A stretch of 63,544 nucleotides of DNA, the filler included, from Chiloscyllium plagiosum (lineage: Eukaryota), in NCBI RefSeq assembly GCF_004010195.1. It is 4 parts of one record of this genome, joined end to end, with 100 filler letters (N's around TTAATTAATTAA, not from the genome) between each part and the next. Parts side by side here need not be neighbours in the genome. Positions count along the whole stretch, not along the records: positions 10,887 to 36,194 come from NC_057717.1; positions 36,295 to 56,728 come from NC_057717.1; 2 more parts are not named here. One strand, written 5' to 3'. Under the pieces are notes generated by a model. It did no database searches, was not told the origin of the DNA, and worked only from the letters and a program-made list of their open reading frames with translations. The position numbers were made by a program, and so were the translations under genes. This document shows, in pieces, positions 25,544-37,599 of the stretch; position 1 is the first letter of the stretch; each line of letters starts with the position of its first letter.

Positions 25544-25881
25544 GAGCAGAGTCTTTGACTCACTGGGCTGAATCTAACAATAATTGATCTCAGTGACATT
25601 GTCATTGAGTGTGACAGAGGGATAATCCTCACGAGGCTGAGCTAGTTTCCTGGTGGTATCTTATCGAACTCACATCATTAACTACCCACCCCACCCCATG
25701 GTGTCTCTCTCATTCAATACCAGCCCGATTCACCCAAACATCATGGCTGGAGGTACTCAGCAACGCCCAGATACCCCTGGATATTCCATGATCCCTGTCA
25801 CTGGCGCCATCTTTAAAAGGCCAATGGGCACACGGTTGAGCTTTCTCTGTTTGGAGCTGCTCTGCACAGTTTACCCCGAGC

Positions 25882-26583
25882 ATGGCAGAAAAGGGACAAT
25901 TACACCACGGTTTGTTGACAGGGGCACGGAGGGCCTGGTGGATGGGCTAGTACAGAGGGGGACCATTCTCTTCCCAGAGGGAGCCACACCACCAGACCCA
26001 CCGCGCATGGTCTCAGCTCAGTGCAGTATCTGCGGTCTGTGGAAATGTCCAGCAGCACAGGACAAGCAACAATAACCTTCCCCGCTCTGTCAGGATAAGG
26101 GTCACCGTATTCTCTCTGCTCTCTCACACTCACTGTGTATCTGTTATGGCACCGACCCCCGAACAAGGCTCATGCTCCACCACTCTCACTGCGGCATTCC
26201 CTCTCTCTCTCTCTCTGTCTCTCTCTCTGTCTGTATGTCTCTCTCTCTCTCTGAAACCCAGTCCACTTTAACCCTCACATCAATTATACTGCATGGATAC
26301 AACACTGCCGACAGACTCCCTCTGAAAACCTCACCATTTGCCATTATCCCCACCTACACCAACACGAACAGCAGGGTCACCCACTCCCACCCTCACTCCC
26401 TCCCTCCCCTTCTCCCATTCCAGGAGAAACAGCCTGGAATAGGACAGAAAGGGCTAAGCCAGGTGGTGGAGTGCCCGATATCCGTTCCCTCACCCCCTCC
26501 CCCCGCCACATGGGGAGGACCTTGGTAAGAGCTTGGAGAATTCCGGGACAGAGATTCTGAAACATCCACGTCCCACCAACAGA
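25882..26583 (+). pseudogene. Decayed Myb/SANT-like (NAIF1/MSANTD-type) gene, probably from a PIF/Harbinger transposon
   Basis: Exon 1 (25882-26094): MAEKG../PRFVDRGTEGLVDGLVQRGTILFP.../QHRTSNNNLPRSVR with a mutated donor (ataag). Exon 2 after ttctcccattccag (26424-26583): EK/AWNRTERAKPGGGVPDIRSLTP with donor gtaag. These match the PRF..LE.LV..V..R..LF, QCRKK.NDL and ERxKTGGG motifs. Confidence 0.65.
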
Positions 26584-26829
26584 GTAAGGAGCAATGTTCG
26601 GTTAAGGACAATTCTCACTTTAAACCCACTGGCAGCTCCGTTTCCCACCCGGCACAACTTAGAAGCCGTGGCCCTGATGCCATCTCCTTTTTGTGTCGAG
26701 CTGGTACAAATGGAATCCCCACGGTCTCGGTGGGCAGGAGGGTGGGCTTACAACACATCGTCACCACCACCTCCCAGGAAGGGAGCACGGTGACTCCCTC
26801 TTACACCTCCCCCTGTAAACAGCTCAGAT

Positions 26830-27140
26830 ACTGAAACTAATCTGTGATAGTTCCGGCTCTCCCCACTTGTCCTGACATCTTCAACAATCTGTGCTCATAT
26901 ACACCCAGCGCCCTCTGATCCTGCACCTCCTTTACAATGGTACAGCCTGTTTTAAACTGTCTTTCCTTGTCTTTCCTACCACAGTACATCACCTCACACT
27001 GCTCTGCATTGATCCCCAACTGCGATACACCTGAACACGACACCAGCGTGTCACTGTCCTGTTAGAGTTCCACACTGTCCTCCATAAGCTTTACAATTCT
27101 TCCAGGTTTGGTGCCATCTACAAACACTGAGATTGTCACA
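26830..27140 (-). mobile_element. Degenerate CR1 fragment
   Basis: Encodes INAEQCEVMYCGRK...QDQRALGVYEHRLLKMSGQV. Confidence 0.7.
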
Positions 27141-27909
27141 GCGTCACAGTCCGCATGAAACAACTGAAATCCTGCCCCACACTCACGAGTGTGAGCAAGC
27201 GAAATACTGATATATTCCCATGGACGGGGTTGAATAATGATGTGCTGTCATTGGAGCAACAAAAGTCCTGACACACACCAGATGGAGCGAATGGAATATT
27301 GACAAACCACAGAGCAAAAGAAACCTGTATAGACTCCGCTTATCTATATTCATCAGGGTATAATGTGATGAAGTTGAAAGTGTGTACTGTCCCTTTCAGA
27401 GAGTGTGAATGCTGTTCTGAACTGAGAGCTAACAAGCACCTGAGATATGAGAGGATGGCAGACCAAGAAACAGTGTATTGCTGTAGAGCTGGAGTCGAGT
27501 AATAAGCAGTTAAGAGAAAGATGGTCCCAGAGTTATGCATAGATAATGTAAAATGTTCACTTTCAGAGTGAAAAAATAAATTGATGTTTTTATTTAAGGA
27601 GTGGAATTTGGGAGTTCTCTGTCCCTCCTATTTTAACAGTTTACGAGGCGAATTGAGCATTTATTTATGTTTCATTTAAGTTAGCAGATGAGCTTCACGC
27701 CGTGCCCCAACCATTCCCGTGTGTGTATCTGTGTGCCTCTGTGTGGGGCAGGTCTGGCAGTCTCTGTGGTGCTTTAAGTGATGCAATGCCACCCTCTCCT
27801 GGCCTCCACACGCCACTGCACAAGCGTTGGCAGAGGGTGGAAACCAACAGGGATTCATTCAGAGATGGGGAGGGAGAGGGCAGCTGCTCACAGCACCATC
27901 CAAACTGAT

Positions 27910-28750
27910 GTCTTATCCATGTACTGATCTAAATGTCCTTTAAATGCTGTAACTGTCCTTGCTTTCACCACTTCCTGTGGAAGTTCATTCCACACAAAAG
28001 CCAGATTCTGTCTAAAATAATTACCTCTCATGACTTTTGTAAATCTTTTTCCTCGCACCATAATATATCCCTCAGTTTTGAATCCCCAACACTAGGGAAA
28101 AGACATCAGCCCTTCAGCTTATCTGTACCCCTCAGTATTTTATAAACTTCTGTAAAGTCACCCCTGAACCTCATACTATCCAGTGAAAAGAGTCCCAGCC
28201 TATCCAGCCTCGCCTGATAGCTCAATCTCTCCATTCCCAACAACATCCAGGTTAATCTCTTCTGAACCCTCTCCAGCTTAATAATATCAAGGTCAATAAT
28301 ATTAAAGTGAATAGTCAAGGTATTGTCTAAGCGTAGGGGAGTCCAAAACTCGAGGACCTAGATTTCAGGTGAGAGTGGAAACATTTAAAAGTGACCTAAG
28401 GGACAAACTTTTCACCCAGAGGGTGGTGTGCCTATGAATGAGCGGGCAGGATGACCAGACTGGGCACAGTATTCCAGAAGAGGTCTAACCAATGTCCTGT
28501 ACAACCTCAACATGACGTCCCAATTCTGATACTCAGAGGTCTGACCAATGAAGACAAGTGTGTTAAACACTTCTGAAACACACTATCTATATGAAGTGCA
28601 AATTTTAAAGAATTATACCTGACGGCCGAGGTCTCTGTTCTACAACACTGCAAAAGGCCCCACTTTTAATTGTATAAGTCCTGCTCTTGTTTGATTTACC
28701 AAATCCAATACCTCGCATTAATCCAAACTAAACTCCATCTGCCACCCCTC
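27910..28750 (-). mobile_element. CR1 3' fragment containing a short opposite-strand CR1 piece (~28310-28445)
   Basis: Encodes KLERVQKRLTWMLLGMERLSYQARLDRLGLFSL on the minus strand. The plus-strand piece has TTTTTCACCCAGAGGGTGGTG. Confidence 0.8.
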
Positions 28751-29564
28751 TGCGCAGTGTGTGATATTACTGCTACCTGCCCCTCCCCCTTCAATTTTAA
28801 AATACCCTCCTCCTCTCCAGGATGCCTGCACACTCCGTCTTTGATTTTCACAAGGACCCTGAACTTGGTTAGGGGGAAGAGGGACAGATTGCAGACACAG
28901 TCAGTGGGGAGGAGAGGCTGGAGTAATCAGCGGCCTGGTATCATTTTATGGTTTTAGGAAGAGGGCAGTCACACGTTAGAGGTGGGTAAGAGTGATCGGT
29001 GTTTTGGACCCGACATTAAGCTTTTCCTTCGTCTCTGGTATTCAGTAATAAATATCTATTTGAGACCCTTCATTGGGCAGAGTGTGTCTGCAGGATTTCT
29101 TTCCCTAATATTGCAGACTACAGATAATAACGATTAAAGATGTTTATAGTTAATTTCGATGTCGCAGCACGTGCACTCAACATCCTACAGTTGAGACAAA
29201 TATATTGCATTTGTTTAACAAAACAAAGTGTTTTTTATAGTTCAGTAATGGTAACCTGATTATAACAAATCCACACTGAGCTGAAAGCGGCCACTAAAAT
29301 ATGACACAAAATCTGGGTATGGTAGTTGTAGTGGGTAGTGTCCCTGGTTCTGAGCCAGAGCTCTGGATTTGATTATAATTCCTGAACTTGTGTGATAGTG
29401 TTCCTAGCTCTGAACTAGAAGGCCTGGATTCAAGTCCTGCCTGTTGCAGAGGTATGTCACATCATGTTATAACAGGCTGACAGAATTTAGGCCTGGGATA
29501 ACTGAAAGTACAGCCATTCGTGTTGATTGGAGTCACATTTCACAGCAGTAGAGATTTATAAAAT

Positions 29565-29776
29565 CAGAACGGTCATGGATAGGGTGAGTAGTCAGGGTTT
29601 TTCCACAGGTTAGGTGTGTCCAACACTAGAGGGCATCGGTTGAAATTGAGAGGGGAAAGGTTTTGATGAGGCCTAAAGGGCACCATTTCACACAGAGGGT
29701 GGTGTGCGTATGGAATGACCTGCCAGAGGAAGTGGTGGAGGCTGGTACAACTACAGCATGTAAAAGGCGTCTGGAT
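29565..29776 (+). mobile_element. CR1 3' fragment
   Basis: Encodes HFTQRVVCVWNDLPEEVVEAGT. Confidence 0.85.
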
Positions 29777-30206
29777 GCTGACAGACCTGCCAAGCTTTTC
29801 CAGCAATTTCTGTATTTCTTTTTAAAATGCGTTCATTTTAACACAGGTATTCTGAATAAATTAAACATTGTATTTTTTAATGATGCAAGGTCATGTAAAC
29901 ACATTTCAAGTTGACCGATACCATTTGCTGCTAAGGGTATAGCTCTGTGCATGACAGCAGCAATGATGCACCTACATGGAACAGGGAATGTGATGGAGAC
30001 ATAGCTTGCCCAATGTACAAAGAGACCTCACATAGTCCAGTTTGGGAGAGGATGATATTACTGTGTGATTCAGCTCAGAGAGGGAGAAAATGTAATCAAC
30101 GCGAGAAGGAACGGCGTATTGCACTCTCTCTCCTTTATTATTGCTCATCGCAGCAATGTGTGCGAGCTAGAAAAAGCCCTACAGCCATCGTTACCATTCT
30201 TATATT

Positions 30207-30490
30207 TATAGAATCCCTTCAGTGTTGACACAGGTCCTTCAAGTCCATAACAACCTTCCAAACAGTAACTTTCCCAGACCTGTTCCCTAACATTTACCCC
30301 TGACTAATGCATCTCACTGAAAAAACCCTGAACACTACGGACAATTTAGCATGACCAATCCACCTAACCTACACAGTTGAGCTGTGGGAGGAAACTGGTG
30401 CACCCATTAGAAGCTCATGCAGACAGAGGGAAAATGTGCAAACTCCACGCAGACAGTCGCCCAAGGCTAGAATCGAACCCAAGCCTCTTG
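30207..30490 (-). mobile_element. HE1-type SINE, degenerate
   Basis: Reverse complement of the HE1 body: AATGTGCAAACTCCACGCAGACAGTCGCCC...AATCGAACCC. Confidence 0.85.
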
Positions 30491-30700
30491 GGAGATCCCT
30501 GACCAGAATTCATGTGAATGCCTCACTGCCTAATGCAAAGAGAATTCAGCATAATCCAACTGTTACAGGGTGAAATCCCATTATTCTCAGTTTGTATCTT
30601 CAGAAGCAGAATCACATTTTGGACAATCTCTCAATTTTTCCTTTTGTCATGAGTTACTATAATATCTGGACAAAGTTCTTTCAAGTTAAAATTGCAGAGA

Positions 30701-30701
<1 letters not shown>

Positions 30702-30738
<37 letters not shown>
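30702..30738. repeat. (TG)n microsatellite
   Basis: About 18 perfect TG units. Confidence 0.95.
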
Positions 30739-30741
<3 letters not shown>

Positions 30742-30979
30742 TAGAAAGGGAAATATTGAATATATATTTGCAATACCCAAACATATTGCCATTCATCTTT
30801 CCATCCTGGTTTGAGTAACATTGCTCTGGGTCATAAACATGCTATGTTAGCAGATTAAAGAAACCAGCTTGACTGGTTCCTAAAATTTACCCTGACCCAG
30901 TCTGAGACTGATATCATCGGCCATATCACCGACCTGGTTACATTTAACATTTGTTTTGAGCAGTGGAGGAGTGGGACTA

Positions 30980-32686
30980 GAAAAGGGAACAGTGATCCAA
31001 AAAGCCGGGAAACTATAGACCAGTGAGCCTGATGTCAGTGGTGGGTAAGTTTTGGAGGGGATTCTGAGGGATAGCATTTACATATATTTGGGAAGCCAAG
31101 GGCTGATGGGGTAGTCAACATGGCTTTCTGCATGGGAAATCATGGCTCATTAATTTGACTGATTTTTTTGAAGAGGTGACAAAGAAGATTGATGAAGGCA
31201 ATTAGGTAGACATTGTCTACATGGACTTCAGCAAGGTGTTCATTTAAAGAACAAAGAGCAAATAAATTTTACAGCCCAGGAACAGGCCCTTCGCCCTCCA
31301 ATCCTGAGCCGATCCAAATGTACTGTCTAAATCTGTCGGTCAATTTCTAAGCATTTATATATCTCTGCTCCCCACCTACTCATGCATCTGTCGAGACGCA
31401 TCTTAAATGAATCTATCGTGCCTGCCTCTACCACCTTTGCTGGCAACACGTTCCAAATGCCCACCACCCTCTGTGTGAAATTCTGACAGCGTGTATCCCC
31501 CTTAAACTTTCCACCCCTCACCTTGAAAGCACGACCTCTCGTTACTGAATCCTTCACCCTGGGAAAAAACTCGTCTCTATCCACCCTGACTATACCCTTC
31601 ATGATTTTGAAACCTCAATCAAGTCCCCCCTCAATCTTCTTTTTTCTAGTGAAAATAAACCTAACCTCCTCAGCCTGTCTTCATAGCTAGTATTTCATTC
31701 TGATTGGTAGACAGATTAGTAAGTTTTGGTCACATGGGATACAGACGAAGCTAGTCACAAATGGCTTGAAGGAAGAGGGATATTTTTCAGACTGGAGGCT
31801 TGTGAGCAGCAATGTGCTGTAAGAATCAGTACTGAGTTCACTGCATTTCATCATTTATGTAAAGGATTTAGATGTGAATATCGGAGCCATAGTTATAAAG
31901 TTTATAGATGACATCAGAAAGGTGGTGTAGTAGATTATCTCAGAGTACAACGAGACCACAATAAGATGGGACAAAGGGGCAAGGAGTGACAGATAAAGTT
32001 TAATTTAGTTAATTACGAGGCTTTGCATTTTGGGAAAGCAAATCAGGGCAGAAATTATACACTTAATGGTAAGGTCCTGGGGCGTGTTGTGGAGCAAAGG
32101 GTCCGAGGGCTGCAGGTACATTGTTCCTTGAAAGTGGAGTCGCAGGTAGACAGTGTGGTGCAGAACACATTTGGCACATTTGCCTTAATCAGTCAGAGCA
32201 TTGAGTATAGGAGTTGCGGTGGTATGTTGCCTCTGTACAGGATGTTGGTGAGGCCACTTAAAGAATACTGCATAAAACTCGATTGTCTGCAGAAAAGTTT
32301 TACTCAGATGTCCCAGGACTGGAGGTTTGAGCTTTAGGGAGTGGTTGATCAGGTTGAGGTGTTTCCCCCTGGAGTGTCAGAGGTTGAGGGGTGACATTAT
32401 AGAGGTTTATAAAATCATCAGGGGCATGGATATTCTGAACAGCCACGCTCTGCTCCAAAGGATAGGGGAGTCCAGAACAAGAGAGCATAGGATGGAGGGG
32501 GAAGGGCGAATGATTTAGAAGGGACCTGAAAGTAAATGTTTCACACAAAGAGTGGTGTGTGTACAGAAAGTGCTGTCAGAGGAAGTGGTGATGGCGGATC
32601 AATCGCACATTTTAAAGGTATCTGAAAGAGGAGGGATATTGGCCAAATGCTGGCAAATGGGACTGGATCAGATTTTATATCTGATC
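30980..32686 (+). mobile_element. Degenerate CR1 LINE (RT to 3' end) with a nested minus-strand CR1 3' end
   Basis: GNYRPVSL and VYMDFSK motifs at 31010-31240, resuming at ~31700 through to the 3' end. Confidence 0.85.
31245..31692 (-). mobile_element. Nested CR1 3' end, different subfamily
   Basis: ORF 31327-31602 (FTQRVVGIWNVLPAKVVEAGT). Tail TAAAGAACAAAG at the left end. Confidence 0.85.
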
Positions 32687-33249
32687 AAAGTTTGTGAGAC
32701 GATTTGTAGCTCGGGTGCTCGTTGCTGTGGTTCTGTTCGCCGAGCTGGAAGTTTTTGTTGCAAACGTTTCGTCCCCTGTCTAGGTGACATCCTCAGTGCT
32801 TGGGAGCCTCCTGTGAAGCGCTTCTGTGGTGTTTCCTCCGGCATTTATAGTGGCCTGTCCCTGCCGCTTCCGGTTGTCAGTTTCAGCTGTCCGCTGTAGT
32901 GGCCGGTATATTAGGTCCAGGTCGATGAGTTTGTTGATGGAGTTTGTGGATGAGTGCCATGCTTCTTGGAATTTTTTGTTTGGCTTGCCCTACAATGGTA
33001 GTGCTGTCCCAGTCGAATTCATGTTGCTTGTCGTCTGCGTGTGTAGCTATTAGGGATAGCTGGTCGTGTCGTTTCGTGGCTAGTTGATGTTCATGGATGC
33101 GGATCGTTAGCTGTCTTCCTGTTTTTTCCTATATAGCGTTTTGTGCAGTCCTTGCATGGGATTTTGTACACTACATTAGTTTTGCTCATGCTGGGTATCG
33201 GGTCCTTCGTTCTGGTGAGTTGTTGTCTGAGTGTGGCTGTTGGTTTGTA
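32687..33249 (-). mobile_element. Penelope-like element 3' end: GIY-YIG endonuclease plus pLTR
   Basis: Encodes KTNVVYKIPCKDCTKRYIG(K)/TGRQLTIRIHEHQLATKRHDQLSLIATHADDKQHEFDWD, with one frameshift in an A-run. A hammerhead follows downstream. Confidence 0.9.
32760..32799 (-). ncRNA. Minimal type I hammerhead ribozyme motif
   Basis: GCA-CUGAGGA-U-GUCACCU-AGAC-AGGGGAC-GAA-ACGU-U^UGC. Core boxes intact; stem I GCA/UGC; stem II 6 of 7 bp; palindromic ACGU stem III. Confidence 0.8.
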
Positions 33250-33361
33250 CATAGAACATAGAACATAGGAGAATACACCGCAGTACAGGCCCTTCGGCCC
33301 TCGATGTTGCGCCGATCCAAGCCCACCTAACCTACACGAGACCACTATCCTCCATATGCCT
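33250..33361 (-). mobile_element. CR1 (HER1-like) 3' tail inserted into the PLE
   Basis: (CATAGAA)n tail followed by CGCAGTACAGGCCCTTCGGCCCTCGATGTTGCG. Confidence 0.9.
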
Positions 33362-33861
33362 NNNNNNNNNNNNNNNNNNNNNNNNNNNNNNNNNNNNNNN
33401 NNNNNNNNNNNNNNNNNNNNNNNNNNNNNNNNNNNNNNNNNNNNNNNNNNNNNNNNNNNNNNNNNNNNNNNNNNNNNNNNNNNNNNNNNNNNNNNNNNNN
33501 NNNNNNNNNNNNNNNNNNNNNNNNNNNNNNNNNNNNNNNNNNNNNNNNNNNNNNNNNNNNNNNNNNNNNNNNNNNNNNNNNNNNNNNNNNNNNNNNNNNN
33601 NNNNNNNNNNNNNNNNNNNNNNNNNNNNNNNNNNNNNNNNNNNNNNNNNNNNNNNNNNNNNNNNNNNNNNNNNNNNNNNNNNNNNNNNNNNNNNNNNNNN
33701 NNNNNNNNNNNNNNNNNNNNNNNNNNNNNNNNNNNNNNNNNNNNNNNNNNNNNNNNNNNNNNNNNNNNNNNNNNNNNNNNNNNNNNNNNNNNNNNNNNNN
33801 NNNNNNNNNNNNNNNNNNNNNNNNNNNNNNNNNNNNNNNNNNNNNNNNNNNNNNNNNNNNN

Positions 33862-36046
33862 GGGATAGGTGTATACCACTGGGCAAGAGTTACTGCTGGG
33901 GGAAAGGCAATTACGATGGGATTAGGCAAGATTTAGGAAGCATACGATTGGAAGGAAACAGCAGAGATTGGGCTCATTAGAAATTTGGAGCTTTTTCAAG
34001 GAAAAGCTCTTGTGTGTCCTAGATAAATATGTACCTGTCAGGCAGGGAGGAAGCTGTAGAGCGCGGGAGCCGTGATTTAGGAAAGAAGCAGAATCTCTGG
34101 TCAAGAGGAAGAACAAGGCTTATGTTAGGATGAGATGTGACGGCTCAGTGAGGGCGCTTGAGAGTTACAATGTCGCCAGGAAAGACCTAAAGAGAGAGCT
34201 CAGAAGAGCCATGAGGATACATGAGACGTTGTTGGTGGATGAGATCAGGCTAAACCCTAAGACTTTCTATAGGTATTTAAGGAATAAAAGAATGACAAGA
34301 GTAAGATTAGGGCCAATCACTGATAGCAGTGGGAAGTTGTGTGTGCAGTCAGAGGAGATAGGGGAAGCACTAAATGAATATTTTTCGACAGTAATCACTC
34401 GAGAAAACGACTTTGCTGTCGAGGAGAACACTAAGATACAGGCTACTAGACTTGGTGGGATTGAGTTCCACAAGGAAGAGGTATGAGAAATCCTGCAGAG
34501 TGTGAAAATAGATAAGTCTCCTGGGCTGGATGGGATTTATCCTAGGATCATCTGGGAAGCCAGGGAGGAGATTGCTGAGCCTTTGACATTGATCGTTAAA
34601 TCGTCATTGTCTACAAGGACAGTGTCAGAAGACTGGAGGATAGCAAATATGGTTCCCCTGTACAAGAAGGGGAATAGAGACACCCCTGACATTTATAGAC
34701 CAGTGAGCCTTACTTCAGTTGTTGGTAAAATGTTGGAAAAGGTTATAAGAGATAGGATTTATAATCATCTGGAAAATAATAATTTGATTAGGAATAGTCA
34801 GCACGGTTTTGTGAAGTTGAGGTCGTGCCTCGCAAACCTTTTTGAGTTCTTTGAGAAGGTGACCAAACAGGTAGCTGAGAGTAAACCGGTTGATGTGGTG
34901 TATATGGATTTCAGTAAGGCGTTCGATAAGGTACCCCACAGTAGATTATTGTGCAAAATGCGAAGGAATGTTGTTGTGGGAAATATAGCAATTTGGATCA
35001 GTAATTAGCTTGCTGAAGGAAGCAGAGGGTGGTGGTTGATGGGAAATGTTCATCCTGGAGTCCAGTTGCCAGTGGTGCACCGCAAGGATCGGTACTGGGT
35101 CCACTGCTGTTCTTCATTTTCATAAACGACCTGGATGAGGGCGTAGAAGGGTGGGTTAGTAAATTTGCAGTATGACACTAAGGTCGGTGGAGTTGTAGAT
35201 AGTGATGAAGGATGTTGTAGGTTACAGAGAGACATAGCTAAGCTTCAAAGCTGGGCTGAGAGGTGGCAAATGGAGTATAATACGGACAAATGTGAGGTGA
35301 GTCACTTTGGTCGGAGTAAACAGAATGCAAAGTACTGGGCTAATGGTAAGATTGTTGGTAGTGCAGATGAGCAGAGAGATCTCAGTGTCCATGTACAAAG
35401 ATCCTTGAAAGTTGCCATCCAGGTTGACAGGGTTGTTAAGAAGGCATACAGGTTTTTTTTTAGCTTTTATTAATTGCAGGATCGAGTTCCGTAGCCATGA
35501 GGTCATGCTACAGTTCTACAAAACCGTGGCCCGGCCGCACTTGGAGCATTGTGCACAGTTCTGATCACCGCAGTTTTCGAAGGATGTGGAAGCTTTGGAA
35601 AGGGTGCAGTGGATATTTACTGTGATGTTGCTTGGTATGGAGGGAGTGGCTATTTTAGTTAGAGAGAAGAAGGTTGAGAGTTGACTTAATAGAATCATAT
35701 AAGATAATCAAAGGGTTAGATAGGGTAGACAGGGAGAGCCTTTTTCCAAGCATAGTGACGGCGAGCACGAGGGGGCATAGATATAAATTGAGGGGAGATA
35801 GATATATGATAGATGTCAGAGGTAGTTTCTTTACTCAGAGAGTAGTAAGGGTATGGAATACTTTGCCTGCAATGGTAGTAGACTCACCAACCTTAAGTAC
35901 GTTTAAGTCGTCATTGGACAAGCATATGGAGGTACATGGAATAATGTAGGTTAGATGGACTTCAGAATCGTATGACAGGTCGGTGCAACATCGAGGGCCG
36001 AAGGACCTGTACTGCGCTGTAATGTTTCATGTTCTATATTCTATAT
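33862..36046 (+). mobile_element. CR1 LINE ORF2 (RT) to 3' end, with stops and frameshifts
   Basis: [50 protein letters not shown] and the FAxDD region. Ends in a TTCTAT tail. Confidence 0.95.
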
Positions 36047-36149
36047 GATGTCATCAGCTTCCCTGCTCCATGTCGGTGCATCATTGCTGCTGTCGTCCTC
36101 AGAATCATTTCATTAACAAAAATGGCCCTACTTGAACTAAAGATGTGTT

Positions 36150-36194
36150 TATTGCTGTGGTTCTGTTCGCCGAGCTGGAAGTTTTTGTTGAAAA
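36150..36194 (-). mobile_element. Edge of a second copy of the 32687 PLE family, cut by the linker
   Basis: TTGCTGTGGTTCTGTTCGCCGAGCTGGAAGTTTTTGTTG is identical to 32722-32760. Confidence 0.75.
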
Positions 36195-36294
36195 NNNNNN
36201 NNNNNNNNNNNNNNNNNNNNNNNNNNNNNNNNNNNNNNTTAATTAATTAANNNNNNNNNNNNNNNNNNNNNNNNNNNNNNNNNNNNNNNNNNNN
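36195..36294. other. Artificial scaffold linker
   Basis: 44N-TTAATTAATTAA-44N. Confidence 0.9.
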
Positions 36295-36349
36295 CAATGA
36301 CGGGAGGAGGAGATGCAAGACTGGGATTCTTCAACATTTCGTGGGTGTA

Positions 36350-37075
36350 AAACGCTGAGCTGTCCCTGGCCTAGGAGTGTTTGATCAGGACAGTACAGAG
36401 TGAGAATCATTCTGTATCTCAATCTGTGTTGTATCTGTCCTGGGATTGTTGGTAGGGGACACAGTCATTGATGATTTAATCAATATCAAACCCATGGCCA
36501 GTGTGGCAGGATCATTACTCTGCATTTAAACCTGCCTGGCAACTATACAAAAGAGTTGTCAGTGCAGACTGAATTAATCCTGTGTCTAACACCGGGCTGT
36601 CCCTGTCCTCACAAGGTTTGACTGAGACAGTGTGCAGATGATTTAATCAATGTGATCTGTGTATTTGAAAAGCGTAATTTTAGGAGGATTTTCGCTTCCT
36701 GTATAATCCTGTGCGATGTTCTTACTCGTACAATGAGCTGTCCTGTGAACTCAACGCTGTGCTTTATCTTTTATGGCAATGTCTGATGGAGGGCAATGTG
36801 GGGAAGGTTTTGCTTTGTGACCCTGTGACCATGCTGCCCTTCAGGGCTTGGTGAGGACAATGCAGAATGAGTTGGAATCTATATGTAGTGATGTAATTAA
36901 ATTGGTGGCGATAATATGGGGTGGTTCTTTAATGAATATCGAAACCCACAGCCTGGGAATTTGAACGGGCAAGCATCGAGAAGCTATATTCTGTGTTACA
37001 TCCCATGATGTATCTGCCGTTCATTGTTTGATGTGTCAGCGCAGCGTGAGGATTTTTCAGCGATGGACTCTAACT
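36350..37075. repeat. Highly eroded ~65-70 bp tandem repeat
   Basis: Recurring ...GTTTGA..GGACAGTG.AGA....TT..TCTGTATCT...C.GTG.TGT..CTG.CCT motif. Confidence 0.5.
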
Positions 37076-37599
37076 GATGCGTTGCGAGTGATCATGAGAA
37101 TAACTGGAATATGTCTGGTCAACTTGAGGAGAAGGCCAATATTTGCGCGGCAATGGTGAGGTGCATGAGCGTTGCGTCTAAATTTAGGCTTTTTCGAAAG
37201 TCATTTTCAACGGCTGTGCTGACTGCAAGATGGCATGTCCACCGATCTGAACATGAATCAGCTGTTTCCTACAGTGCGTACATTGTGTAATAAGCCCATT
37301 TGTACTCTGGTGACTTAATTACTGTATGATAATTTTCAACTGAAAAACGAGAACGCCTGTTTTATTTTAAAATATGTAAGAACTAAGGTATGTTAAGTCT
37401 TCCTTGTTAAAGAAAGAACATAAAGGTGACCCACAGTATATTTCTTGCTGTCTAATCAAACAGCAGTTAGAAAAAGTCCTGTTCACAGAATTCTGTTTTA
37501 CAGACAATGTTCCAGGCGACATCACCATCCTCTCTGGTAGGTCTTATCCCACTGACAGGACTGTGTGAGGCAGAAGCTATTGCTGCTTCTTAAATAGCC

